DNA of 64,000 nt, taken from contig JAJRXK010000108.1 of NCBI GenBank assembly GCA_024276305.1, forward strand, positions 8,172 to 72,171. Reading direction: 5' to 3'. This document shows, piece after piece, positions 38,361-47,745 of this stretch. The notes beneath the pieces are model-generated. The model ran no database searches, was not told the origin of the DNA, and worked only from the letters and a program-made list of their open reading frames with translations. The position numbers and the translations under genes are program-made. Source of the stretch: Candidatus Krumholzibacteriota bacterium (GTDB lineage: Bacteria; Krumholzibacteriota; Krumholzibacteriia; JAJRXK01). Position 1 is the stretch's first letter. Each line of letters begins with the position of its first letter.

Positions 38361-39641
38361 ATGGGACGACGGAATCACAATGTAGTCAGTGCGATTCTGG
38401 GAGGGGGGCGAGGAACTCGACTCTATCCTTTGACTCGTGATCGTTCCAAGCCGGCAGTTCCGTTGGGAGGGCGTTTTCGGCTCATCGACGTTCCGCTGAG
38501 CAACAGTCTCCATGCGGGATTCGACCGGATCTACGTGCTGACCCAATTCAACACCGCGAGTCTGCACCGGCACATCACCCGCACCTACCGCTTCGACACC
38601 TTCTCTCAGGGCTTCGTGAACATTCTCGCGGCCGAACAGACTCGTTCGAACGACGACTGGTACCAGGGAACGGCCGATGCGGTGCGCCAGAATCTCGAGC
38701 GTCTCTCCGACGGGGATCCCTCCGAGGTCTTGGTGCTGGCCGGAGACCATCTATATCTCATGAATCTCGGCCGCTTCTTGCGCTTTCACCGCGAGCGCAA
38801 TGCCGACGTGAGCATCGCCGTCCACCCTGTCTCCCGCGAGGAGGCTCCGGACCTGGGCATCATGCGTCTCGATGACGCGGGCCGCATCGTCGCCTTCGTG
38901 GAGAAGCCGCAGGATCCGGCGCAGCTCGACGAGCTCACCCCGAGCCCCGATGTCTTTCGTCGCCTCGGATTGCGGGCCGCCCCGGGATCCCTGCTCGCGA
39001 GCATGGGGATCTATACCTTCGCGATGGGAGTGCTGCGCCACCTCCTGACCAATGACACAGAGGCGACGGACTTCGGTCGCGAGATCATTCCTCAGGCCAT
39101 CGAGACCCATCGGGTCTTCGGCTTTCCCTACGACGGCTATTGGGAGGACATCGGGACCATTCCCTCCTTCCACCGCGCGAACCTCCAACTGACCGAGCCG
39201 GTGCCCCCCCTCAATCTCTACGACTCGGTGCGCCCCATTTACACCCGTCCTCGTTTCCTGCCGGGGAGCAAGGTTCAGAATTGCCGGGTGGAGCAGGCCG
39301 TCCTCTGTGCGGGGAGCATCCTCGAAGGAAGCGAGATCCGTCATTCCATCGCGGGGATTCGTTCGGTGATCCGTCGAGACTCGATCATCGAAGACGCGGT
39401 GATCATGGGGGCCAGCAGCTACGAGAAGCGCAACGAAAGGGTTCAGGGGGTCAAGATCGGAGTGGGAGAGGGATGTGTGATCCGCAATGCAATCGTCGAC
39501 CTCGACGCTCGCATCGGGCGTGGATCGAAATTGATGAATGCAGCCGAAGTCCAGGAATTCGATGCAGAGAATTACAGTATTCGGGAGGGGATCATCGTGG
39601 TGCCCAAAGGAGCGGTGATTCCTCCGGGCACCACGATCTGA
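38361..39641 (+). CDS. glgC: Glucose-1-phosphate adenylyltransferase
   Basis: ILGGGRGTRLYPLT..RSKPAVP, WYQGTADAVRQ, ASMGIY, DFGREIIP, YWEDIGTI. Confidence 0.97.
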   Translation: MGRRNHNVVSAILGGGRGTRLYPLTRDRSKPAVPLGGRFRLIDVPLSNSLHAGFDRIYVLTQFNTASLHRHITRTYRFDTFSQGFVNILAAEQTRSNDDWYQGTADAVRQNLERLSDGDPSEVLVLAGDHLYLMNLGRFLRFHRERNADVSIAVHPVSREEAPDLGIMRLDDAGRIVAFVEKPQDPAQLDELTPSPDVFRRLGLRAAPGSLLASMGIYTFAMGVLRHLLTNDTEATDFGREIIPQAIETHRVFGFPYDGYWEDIGTIPSFHRANLQLTEPVPPLNLYDSVRPIYTRPRFLPGSKVQNCRVEQAVLCAGSILEGSEIRHSIAGIRSVIRRDSIIEDAVIMGASSYEKRNERVQGVKIGVGEGCVIRNAIVDLDARIGRGSKLMNAAEVQEFDAENYSIREGIIVVPKGAVIPPGTTI

Positions 39642-39646
39642 ATTCC

Positions 39647-40264
39647 TCAGTCCTGGTCTTCGGTCACCGCCGAGAGCAGTTTCTCCTTGAGACCATCGTC
39701 GACCGGCGGATCTCCATAGTAGATCGCGAAGAAGGAGCGGCCGAAGCCCGCTCCTTCGATCACCCCGCGCACTTCGCCATTCACGGAGACTTCCAAGCCC
39801 TTTCCGGGAAGGTAGAGCATGCGTAGGTCGTCACCCTTCATGAGCTTCTCATCCCCGAAGACATTGAGGAATTGCTCTCGCTCCCCTGCGATGTCGTCGT
39901 AGGGCACGACCGCGCACTTCTTCAGGGCCTCGTTCACCCCATTGGTGATCTTCTTGGAATCGACGTCGCGGAGCATGCGCAGGTGAATCTCCTTGGGAGC
40001 ATCGGCGTCGACGATCGCTTTCCCGGGGTCGTCTCCGAGTTCCACCGAGCTGTCGATGTAGCCCACCGCAGCGTAGACTTTCCAGAAGATCTTCTTGCGG
40101 AGAGCCGCCCCCGTGGCCCGCAGGGTCGAGGTACTACCGTCGTATTCGACTTCGATCGTGGCCGGGAACTCCTGCTTCGACTTCTTCTCGACGATCGTGT
40201 CGGAGAAGGCCAAGTTCGGCAGGAGCATGCCGCAGAGGACCAGGCCCAGGGCTCGACGCATCAT
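39647..40264 (-). CDS. Exported chalcone isomerase-like protein
   Basis: Signal peptide; GAALRKKIFWKVYA, FFAIYYGDPPVD..LK..LL. Confidence 0.85.
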   Translation of the reverse strand: MMRRALGLVLCGMLLPNLAFSDTIVEKKSKQEFPATIEVEYDGSTSTLRATGAALRKKIFWKVYAAVGYIDSSVELGDDPGKAIVDADAPKEIHLRMLRDVDSKKITNGVNEALKKCAVVPYDDIAGEREQFLNVFGDEKLMKGDDLRMLYLPGKGLEVSVNGEVRGVIEGAGFGRSFFAIYYGDPPVDDGLKEKLLSAVTEDQD

Positions 40265-40305
40265 GAGGACTCCTTGGTCGACGTGAACAATGAATCGTGG
40301 CATCG

Positions 40306-40377
40306 AGCCTATCCCAACTGGAGCGGAGTGCAAAGGTTTCTCCGGTGGTTTGCACCGTGGATGGTCGGCGCTACACT
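40306..40377. promoter_or_regulatory. Back-to-back divergent sigma70-like promoters
   Basis: Plus: TTGCAC(40350)-16-TACACT; minus: TTGCAC(40333)-16-TAGGCT. Confidence 0.5.
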
Positions 40378-40427
40378 CTTGCCCCTGGGCCGAAGGAATG
40401 GGCCCCCTCTGTCCTCGAAAGGCTCGC

Positions 40428-41324
40428 ATGACCACCGTCATCACGACTCCTACCGGAAATATCGGGCGCACACTCACCTCCCTGCTCCTCGACGCCGGTC
40501 TCGATCTGCGACTGTTGGTTCGAGATCGGACCAAGGTGGAGGACTTCGCGTCGAGAGGAGCGGAGGTCTGCGAAGGTTCTCTCGATGACGAAGATTTCGT
40601 GGGCGAGGCGACCGAGGGCGCGGAGCAGCTCTTCTGGGTCACGCCCCCCGATTTGACGGCCGAGGACTATCGAGAGCGTCAGAACGAATTCGGTCGGGTC
40701 GCGGCCGCGGCCGTCTCGAGGCAGGCCATCGGGAGAGTGATTCACCTCTCGAGCTTGGGGGCGCAGGAAGGCCAGGGCAACGGGCCCATCGGCGGACTCC
40801 ATGACAACGAAGCTCGACTGGAGGCGGTGGCCGACCACCTTCTCCATCTGCGTCCGGCCTTCTTCATGGAGAATCTTCTGGCCCTCGTGCCGATGATCGC
40901 GACCCAGAAGACGATTCTTCAGCCCATGCCGGCGGACCATCCCCTGGCCATGGTGGCCACTCGGGACATCGCGCGGGTGGCGGCCGACGAGATCCTCGAT
41001 CCCACGTGGACCGGTCATCGCATCCGGGGGGTGCATGGCCCGGGGGACTTCACCTGGACCGAAGTTGCGGAAGTGGTGTCGCGGGTGATGGGGGAAGAAG
41101 TGACCTATGTCCCGGTCCCCGGCGATGCGGTGCGCCAGGCCCTCGCCGCGGTGGAGATCCCCTCCTCCACCGCCGCTCTCTACGTGGAGATGCTCGAGGG
41201 ATTCGGCTCCGGACGGATTCGCAGCGCGGAGCCGCGGGACCAGATGACCACCACGCCGACCTCTCTCGAGACCTTCGTCTCGGACACTCTGTTTCCGGCG
41301 GTCGCCGCATTCACGGGATTCTAG
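40428..41324 (+). CDS. NmrA-like NAD(P)-binding atypical SDR
   Basis: TPTGNIG, HLSSLGA, LRPAFFMEN, VATRDIA. Confidence 0.9.
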   Translation: MTTVITTPTGNIGRTLTSLLLDAGLDLRLLVRDRTKVEDFASRGAEVCEGSLDDEDFVGEATEGAEQLFWVTPPDLTAEDYRERQNEFGRVAAAAVSRQAIGRVIHLSSLGAQEGQGNGPIGGLHDNEARLEAVADHLLHLRPAFFMENLLALVPMIATQKTILQPMPADHPLAMVATRDIARVAADEILDPTWTGHRIRGVHGPGDFTWTEVAEVVSRVMGEEVTYVPVPGDAVRQALAAVEIPSSTAALYVEMLEGFGSGRIRSAEPRDQMTTTPTSLETFVSDTLFPAVAAFTGF

Positions 41325-41333
41325 GTTCCCGAA

Positions 41334-42017
41334 GTGGAGAAGGATTCGAAGTTTCGTCTCGTGCTCGCGCTGCTTCTGCCCACCGTTCTGGTGGGAGTGG
41401 GCATCCGCGGTCTGCACCACGCTGTCGCGGCCTTCGTCCTCTACATCGTGGGAGGGTGCTTGGTGGGGCCCTGGTGGATTCTGGGGGCGCGTCCCCTCCG
41501 CGGGCATCAGGGCTGGACCTTCCGCGGAGTGGGGGGCGATCGCCTGTGGATGCATGCGGGGGCGTGGTTGGTGATCGGTGCGGGTTTGGTGGGGCTCTAC
41601 CTTCTGCTCAGCCCTTGGCTCCTCGACCCCGCCGAGGTCGCCGCCCGTCTGGAGAGCTTGGGCTGGCCGCGGCAGGGTCAGGCTTTCCTTCTCGTGGGCT
41701 TCGTGTTGGTGGTTCCGGTGGCCGAAGAATGGTGGTGGAGAGGGCAGGCCCTCCCTCGATGCCGCCGGGCCTTCGGAGATCGCAAGGGCATCGGGGTCTC
41801 GGTGTTGGCCTTCAGTGCTTATCACGTGGTCGTTCTCGGGGAGCTCTACGAACCGAGCTCGGTCATGATCCGAATGATCGCGATTGCCGGAGGGGGGTGG
41901 ATCTTCTCGGGGATGGCCGCGCACACCCAGGGATGGCGATGGTCCTGGTCGAGCCACTTCGCCGCGGATCTGGCCATTGTGGCGGCCTTTCTCCTGCTGG
42001 TGGCACCCGCGATCTGA
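41334..42017 (+). CDS. CPBP (Abi/CAAX) intramembrane glutamic endopeptidase
   Basis: PVAEEWWWRG, FSAYH, SHFAAD; multiple TM segments. Confidence 0.85.
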   Translation: MEKDSKFRLVLALLLPTVLVGVGIRGLHHAVAAFVLYIVGGCLVGPWWILGARPLRGHQGWTFRGVGGDRLWMHAGAWLVIGAGLVGLYLLLSPWLLDPAEVAARLESLGWPRQGQAFLLVGFVLVVPVAEEWWWRGQALPRCRRAFGDRKGIGVSVLAFSAYHVVVLGELYEPSSVMIRMIAIAGGGWIFSGMAAHTQGWRWSWSSHFAADLAIVAAFLLLVAPAI

Positions 42018-42034
42018 GACCCCCGAGCTGGGTC

Positions 42035-43372
42035 TCAGGCGCGCACGGTCCCCGGACCGTGGAGGGCGATGCGCAGGACGAAGCAGATGCTCACCACTGC
42101 CAGGCCCAGGGCGAGTCCCCACCACAGGCCGGCCAAGCCCAGCCCCCGGGGAAAGGCCAGGAACCAGGCCAGGGGCAGGGCCATCAGATAGAAGCCCACG
42201 AAATTGAAGACCGCCGCCGGCCGGGTCGAACCCATGCCTCGCAGAATCCCCGCTCCCACGACCTGGGTTCCGTCGAAGAGCTGAAAGGCCGCCGCCACCG
42301 GGAAGATGGAGGCAGCGAGGGCCAGAACTTCGGCGTCCGTGGTGTAGAGGCGGGCGATGGCATGGCGGGCCACCACGAAGGCTACCGCCGAGACGCTCAT
42401 CACCGAGGCTCCCATGACCAGGGCGATCCAGGACGCCCGCCGCGCCAGCCGGGCCTGACCCGCTCCGAGGAGGTTCCCCACCCGAGTGACCGCCGCCTGA
42501 CTGATCCCCAGGGGAACCATGAACGACACCGAGGCGACGTTGAGGACGATGGTATGGGCCGCGATGGACAATTCCCCCATGTGGCCGGCCAGGAGAGTCG
42601 CGGTCTCGAAGGCCCAGATCTCCAGCGAGAGCTGGATCCCCACCGGAGTTCCGAAGCTCAACACCTCCCGCAATCCCCTCCATTGCCAGGCCTCCCGGGA
42701 GAACCCGGTCCAGCCTTCGTGGGTCAAGCGCAGTCGCCAGATCGCCAGGATCAAGACCACGGCCATGAACACCCGAGTGGACCCGGTGGCCAGGCCCGCG
42801 CCCTGGACGCCACGGGCCTCGAAGCCGAGGTGCCCGAAGACCAAGATCCAATTCGCGAGGATGTTGAAGAGATTGGCTCCCACCGCCAGGACCATGGTTG
42901 GCCATACGATGCCCCGACCCTGGAGGTACTGGCGGAGGGCGGTGTAGACCATGAAGGCCAGCGCTCCGGGAATCTGGGCTCGGGTATAGGATTGAGTCAG
43001 AGTGCAGAGAACCTCCTCCTGACCCAGCATGCGCAGGAAGGTCGCGGAATAGGCCCAGAGCAGGGCCAAGGGAAGGCTCGCCGCCGCCCCCACGATGAGA
43101 CCGCGTTGGAGGATGAGGCTCAGTCGGTCCTGATCGCGGGCTCCGTGGGCTTGGGTCACGATGGGATCGATCCCGATGATCAGTCCCATTCCGAAGACCA
43201 TGGTGCCCATGGTCCAGACATGGCCCAGTGCGGCCGCGGCCAGAGCCTGTCGCCCCACATGACCGACCATCACCGTGTCCACCACCCCCAGCATCATGGT
43301 GGCCAATTGGGTCACCACCACCGGAAAGGCCAGGACGCCCAAGCGCCGGATCTCGTCACGAATGGGGGGCAC
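42035..43372 (-). CDS. MATE family efflux transporter
   Basis: VDTVMVGH, QAHGA, RVGNLLGAG, FQLFDG.Q....GILRG. Confidence 0.95.
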   Translation of the reverse strand: MPPIRDEIRRLGVLAFPVVVTQLATMMLGVVDTVMVGHVGRQALAAAALGHVWTMGTMVFGMGLIIGIDPIVTQAHGARDQDRLSLILQRGLIVGAAASLPLALLWAYSATFLRMLGQEEVLCTLTQSYTRAQIPGALAFMVYTALRQYLQGRGIVWPTMVLAVGANLFNILANWILVFGHLGFEARGVQGAGLATGSTRVFMAVVLILAIWRLRLTHEGWTGFSREAWQWRGLREVLSFGTPVGIQLSLEIWAFETATLLAGHMGELSIAAHTIVLNVASVSFMVPLGISQAAVTRVGNLLGAGQARLARRASWIALVMGASVMSVSAVAFVVARHAIARLYTTDAEVLALAASIFPVAAAFQLFDGTQVVGAGILRGMGSTRPAAVFNFVGFYLMALPLAWFLAFPRGLGLAGLWWGLALGLAVVSICFVLRIALHGPGTVRA

Positions 43373-43530
43373 GGCTCACCTCAGGGTCCTCAGGTCGAGA
43401 AGAACGGCCCATCCTAGCGGATGGGTCCTCTGGCCGGGAAAGCGTTTCTGGGGGCTGGCCAAAAAGGTAAAATCTCGCCCTTGGGCCTTGCCGATCTCCT
43501 CGGGCGTCCTATTTTGGCTAGGATCTTGAT

Positions 43531-43549
43531 ATTGAGAACCGTTCTCAAT
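43531..43549. promoter_or_regulatory. Fur-box-like 9-1-9 palindrome
   Basis: ATTGAGAAC-C-GTTCTCAAT, an AT-rich island 45 nt upstream of the porin gene. Confidence 0.75.
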
Positions 43550-43594
43550 GACTTTCCGTCACCCGCCCCCAGGGGCCCTCCCGAGGAGTTGTCG

Positions 43595-44893
43595 ATGCCA
43601 CGTCCCGTCCCTCCCTTCCAAAACTCGGGGTTGATCTGGGCCCTGGTGGCAGTCCTGGGCGTCTTCGGTCCACCGGCCGCCGAGCTCCGGACCGAAGAGC
43701 CCGACCTGAACCGGAAGGTCGAGATCCTGGCCGCGGAGCTCGCGAGCCTGCGGGAGCAGCTCACGGTGCCCGAAACCGACGAACAGATCCCTCAGGCCCG
43801 AGGCCTCGGTCCGGCGGCGGCCAAGGTCTATGGTGTGCAACAGGGTCTGTCGATCGGCGGTTACGGGGAATTCTACTTTGGTGCGCCGGTGGAGGAGAAG
43901 GCGGCCAGCGGAGCCCGGAACACCGCGGACTTCTACCGTTTCGTGGCCTACATCGGCTACAAGTTCAGCGACTCCATTCTGCTCAATACCGAATTGGAGT
44001 GGGAGCACGGGGGATCGGAAGTCTCGGTGGAATTCTCCTACTTGGATTTCCTCATCAGCCCGGCCTTCAGCATTCGGGCGGGAAGCGTGCTCGTGCCCAT
44101 GGGAATCACCAACCAACGTCACGAACCCACGGTCTATCGCGGGAACTTTCGGCCGGAGATCGAGCGCAGGATCATTCCCACCACCTGGGGAGAGATGGGG
44201 GTGGGCGCCTACGGTTCGCTGGGTGGGGTCGCCCACTACTCGGCCTATGTGCTCAACGGTTTCGACGCCGCAGGATTCGGAGCCGAAGGAGTCCGGGGGG
44301 GAAGGCAGAAGGCGCAGGAGGCCACCTTCGAGGACATCGGCGGGGTCTTGGCCCTCGAATTCTCCGGTGGGGACGACGCTTGGAATCTGGGGGCCTCGGC
44401 CTACTACGGGCAGGCGGACCAGGGTCGTTTCACCGACGCTTCCGGAGCCCTCATCGAGGTGACCAATCGCATCGCCGAGGCTCACCTCCGCCTTCACCAT
44501 CGGGGGCTCGAAGTCCGAGCCCTCTATGTCACCTCCGACCTCGATGGAGTGCGGGCCCTTCTCGACAGCCCCGAATGGAGTGGGAGTGCGGTGGTTCCCA
44601 CGGCTCAGGAGGGCTGGTACGTGGAAGCGGCCTACGACCTCGCGCCCACTCTCTGGGGCCGCGAGGATCTTCAGCTCTCCCCCTGGCTGCGCTACGAAAG
44701 TTTCGATCTCCAGGAACGGGTCCCCTCGGGCCTTGTCGCCGACGACGCCCTGGCCCAAGGCCGGCTGAGTCTGGGTCTCGAGTTCCGGCCCGATCACCAG
44801 GTGGTGCTCAAAGCCGAATACGTTCACAAGAGTCACGATGCCAGCTCCGCTCTCAGCGATGAGATCCGGGTCGGAGCGGGATTCATCTACTAG
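43595..44893 (+). CDS. Outer membrane porin-like beta-barrel (OprO/P-like) with N-terminal coiled coil
   Basis: Signal peptide; IGGYGE, GYKFSD, ELEWEH, VEFSYLDF, HEPT, IIPTTW; terminal aromatic GFIY; GAGGAG RBS. Confidence 0.8.
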   Translation: MPRPVPPFQNSGLIWALVAVLGVFGPPAAELRTEEPDLNRKVEILAAELASLREQLTVPETDEQIPQARGLGPAAAKVYGVQQGLSIGGYGEFYFGAPVEEKAASGARNTADFYRFVAYIGYKFSDSILLNTELEWEHGGSEVSVEFSYLDFLISPAFSIRAGSVLVPMGITNQRHEPTVYRGNFRPEIERRIIPTTWGEMGVGAYGSLGGVAHYSAYVLNGFDAAGFGAEGVRGGRQKAQEATFEDIGGVLALEFSGGDDAWNLGASAYYGQADQGRFTDASGALIEVTNRIAEAHLRLHHRGLEVRALYVTSDLDGVRALLDSPEWSGSAVVPTAQEGWYVEAAYDLAPTLWGREDLQLSPWLRYESFDLQERVPSGLVADDALAQGRLSLGLEFRPDHQVVLKAEYVHKSHDASSALSDEIRVGAGFIY

Positions 44894-44908
44894 CCCGAGG
44901 AGGCGGTG

Positions 44909-45547
44909 ATGGCTTGTCCCAAGTGTGCAGCAGGCGGAGAGAGCGCCTGTACTCCCCGCCAGAAGCGCCATTGGTCGAGGTGGTTCTGGGTGGCGGTGGT
45001 GTTGGGGCTCACCCTTCTGTTTCTCCGCGATGCGGCGGATGCGGCGGTCTATCAGAGCAAGGCTTCGGCCCTGGAGATGGCCTTCCCGGGGGCGGATTCG
45101 GTGGTCACCGAGAGTGTCTTTCTCGATGAGGATCTCGTGGCCCGGATCCGCACTGCGGCGGGAACCGCGCCGGACCGGCGGATCCTCAACCGTTATGTGG
45201 GCTGGAAAGACGGTGAGAAGTTGGGTTGCGCCTATTTCGAGACCCACCGGGTCCGGACTCTCCCGGAGACCCTGATGGTCGTCGTACGACCGGCGGGGGA
45301 GATTGCCGCGGTCCATCTCATTGCCTTCCACGAACCCCCCGAATACCGAGCCTCGGATCGATGGCTCGAACAGTACGCCAGCCATTCCCTGGATCGCGAC
45401 CTCGCACTCGGACGTGGCGTGGCGGGGATCGGCGGTGCTACCCTCACCGCCCATGCGGTGAATGCGGCGGTGCGGAGGGTCTTGGCTCTCGACCGACTCA
45501 GCCGAGGGCCGGCCCGGACCCTCGACTCGGCTTCCCTTTCGGAATGA
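44909..45547 (+). CDS. FMN-binding (flavinylation substrate) domain protein
   Basis: TM/signal; HRVRT, FHEPPEY, WLEQY, GIGGATLT (variant of [S/T]GA[S/T]). Confidence 0.8.
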   Translation: MACPKCAAGGESACTPRQKRHWSRWFWVAVVLGLTLLFLRDAADAAVYQSKASALEMAFPGADSVVTESVFLDEDLVARIRTAAGTAPDRRILNRYVGWKDGEKLGCAYFETHRVRTLPETLMVVVRPAGEIAAVHLIAFHEPPEYRASDRWLEQYASHSLDRDLALGRGVAGIGGATLTAHAVNAAVRRVLALDRLSRGPARTLDSASLSE

Positions 45548-45556
45548 AGAGGCTCC

Positions 45557-46078
45557 ATGCGCTTCGTGGTGACTGGTGAGTGGAATCGAAACGCGCTGCT
45601 GCGCGTCATCCTCCTGCTCTTCCTGGTCTATGTGGCTCTCTTCTGGATCACCGATTGGGTGCTGTGGTTTCAGAAGATGAACCTGAGCCCGGAGTCGATT
45701 TCGGCCTACTACCTCGGAGACAGCACTTCGGAATTCGGGCGTCCGCCACGTCCACTCGGGGCCATCGCGGAGGTGAGCCACTTCCACCTCTTCGCGATGG
45801 GAATGTTGGTGATGACCCTCACCCACCTCCTGCTCTTCTTGCCCATCTCCATACCCTGGAAGGTCGGACTGGTTTGCACCACCTTCTTCTCGGCGTTGTT
45901 GAACGAGGGAAGTATCTGGCTCATCCGTTACCTTCACCCCGGCTTCGCCTGGGTCAAGCTCGGCGCATTCCTCCTCCTCCAACTCGCATTGTTGGGCATT
46001 CTGATCGCATTGGTCGTGGGGGTGGCCCGGCCGGGGCGCAATGCCTATACGGACAGCCAGGCCGGCAGGTTGGGATGA
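45557..46078 (+). CDS. Four-TM membrane protein of unknown function with intramembrane histidines
   Basis: Hydrophobic helices; EVSHFHLFAMG..LTHL; embedded in the operon. Confidence 0.8.
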   Translation: MRFVVTGEWNRNALLRVILLLFLVYVALFWITDWVLWFQKMNLSPESISAYYLGDSTSEFGRPPRPLGAIAEVSHFHLFAMGMLVMTLTHLLLFLPISIPWKVGLVCTTFFSALLNEGSIWLIRYLHPGFAWVKLGAFLLLQLALLGILIALVVGVARPGRNAYTDSQAGRLG

Positions 46079-47028
46079 GCGTCTCGGGCCGACTCTTCGG
46101 GGGAATGCTTCTCTGGGTCGGAATCGGAATGATGTCGACGCCGGGTCCGGAGGCGGCGGTGGCCGCAGAGTCCACTCGTTGGGTGATGGGTACCGCTCTT
46201 CGGGTGGTCCGCTTCGATGCCGGAGGCGAGGAGGACGCTCGACGCACCGACCGGCTCTTCGAGGTGGCCGAGCAGTGGGACGAGTGGTTGAGTCCCTATC
46301 GGGAAGACTCTCTCCTCTCCTCCTTGCACCGGCATCCCGGGCAGCGACGCCCCGTGCCTGCACCGGTACGCGATTACTTCGAACGATCGCGTCGCGACCA
46401 CGATCGTACCGGCGGCCTCTTCGACATCCTCCACACCTCCTCGAATCCGGCGAGGGCCTGGGAGGGCTTGGATTTCTCCCCATCGGGGTCTTCCCCCTGG
46501 GTGCGCCTGGAGGTCGGGGTAGTGGTGGATCCCGGAGGCAATGGCAAGGGCGTGGCCCTGGCCGCGATGGTCGACTCGTTGCGGGCCTGGGGAGAGCGCC
46601 GCGCACTCCTGGATTTCGGTGGCAGTAGTTGGTACGCGGTCGGTCGTCCCCAGGAGAGTCCGGAGTGGAGGATCGACCTGGAGGATCCTCGGGGCCGGGT
46701 GCTCGGCACCGTGCGATGGCACGACGCCGCGTTGTCGATCTCTCAGACCCGGCTCCGAGCTGCAGAGAACGGCGGCGGGGCCGCTCACATCGTGGATCCT
46801 CGCAATGGACGGCTGGTGGTCGGGGAGCGGACCGCAGTCGTGCTCTCGCCCGACGCGGTGGATGCGGAGGTCTTGTCGACGGCGCTCCTCGTGGCCGGAA
46901 CCGCGGGCCTCTCCCTCGTGGATCACTACCCCGGGGCGACGGCGGTCATCCTCGATGCCGAGGGAGTGCACCGGAGCTCAGGAGCCGGGACTCGGTGGTT
47001 CCTTCCGGCTTCGCCTCGCTCTCCCTGA
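46075..47028 (+). CDS. apbE: FAD:protein FMN transferase (ApbE family), divergent
   Basis: MGT, LSPYREDS, FDI, DPGGNGKG, HIVDPRNG, AEVLSTA; ATGA overlap with the upstream gene. Confidence 0.85.
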   Translation: MSVSGRLFGGMLLWVGIGMMSTPGPEAAVAAESTRWVMGTALRVVRFDAGGEEDARRTDRLFEVAEQWDEWLSPYREDSLLSSLHRHPGQRRPVPAPVRDYFERSRRDHDRTGGLFDILHTSSNPARAWEGLDFSPSGSSPWVRLEVGVVVDPGGNGKGVALAAMVDSLRAWGERRALLDFGGSSWYAVGRPQESPEWRIDLEDPRGRVLGTVRWHDAALSISQTRLRAAENGGGAAHIVDPRNGRLVVGERTAVVLSPDAVDAEVLSTALLVAGTAGLSLVDHYPGATAVILDAEGVHRSSGAGTRWFLPASPRSP

Positions 47029-47745
47029 TTCGCTCTCCTCCTCGGGAATCAGAGGTCGGGACTCCACCGCGTCCACGGCTTGCCACGCGATGGCGTAGCC
47101 CAGGATCACCTGGGACAGATAGTGCTTGTGGTCGTTGATCCTCGACCATCCCACCGCCGGTGAGATCGAAGTGGCGATGACCCTGGGAAGGGTCAGGCCG
47201 CATCGACGTGCGGCCACGAGCCAGGGAATGGCGCCGATGAAGCAATGACCCGAAGCGGCGTTGTCATCGGCGAAGGGACGGAAGCGGGGCCCATGGGTGT
47301 GGTCCTTGGGTCGTGCTCCCCCCAGACCGCGCTGCACCGTCCACAGGGTGGGCAGTCCCACGACCATGGCGGCGAAGCTCTGACGACCCCAGCGGGAGAG
47401 GGGAGTGCTGGCCCAGAAGCGATCCATCAACGCGAAGGCCGCCCATACTCCGAACCATCCCCGTTCGCCGAAGTGGTGCAGGGTCTTCGCGATCCGATCG
47501 GAGCGGGGCCCTTGGACCCGGCGGTGGTGCCAGGATTCCACGGCCTCGTCCGCTCCGCCATAGGCCAGCAAGGCCGCTCCGCCGATGGCGACGGCGAGGC
47601 GGAGGACATTGCGGCGGGTGTAGAGGCGGCGGTAGTCCTTCCCCGTTCTGCGGACCAAGCCCTCTCCCCGTCGGGGTCGGTTCCTCAACCCCCAGATCGC
47701 GGTCGCGAACCACAGGAGGATGACCAGGACGAAGACGGAGTTCAC
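46978..47745 (-). CDS. PAP2-family membrane phosphatase-like protein
   Basis: GARP, ASGH, SRINDHKHYLSQV; GTGA overlap with the upstream gene. Confidence 0.8.
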   Translation of the reverse strand: MNSVFVLVILLWFATAIWGLRNRPRRGEGLVRRTGKDYRRLYTRRNVLRLAVAIGGAALLAYGGADEAVESWHHRRVQGPRSDRIAKTLHHFGERGWFGVWAAFALMDRFWASTPLSRWGRQSFAAMVVGLPTLWTVQRGLGGARPKDHTHGPRFRPFADDNAASGHCFIGAIPWLVAARRCGLTLPRVIATSISPAVGWSRINDHKHYLSQVILGYAIAWQAVDAVESRPLIPEEESESGRARRSRKEPPSPGS

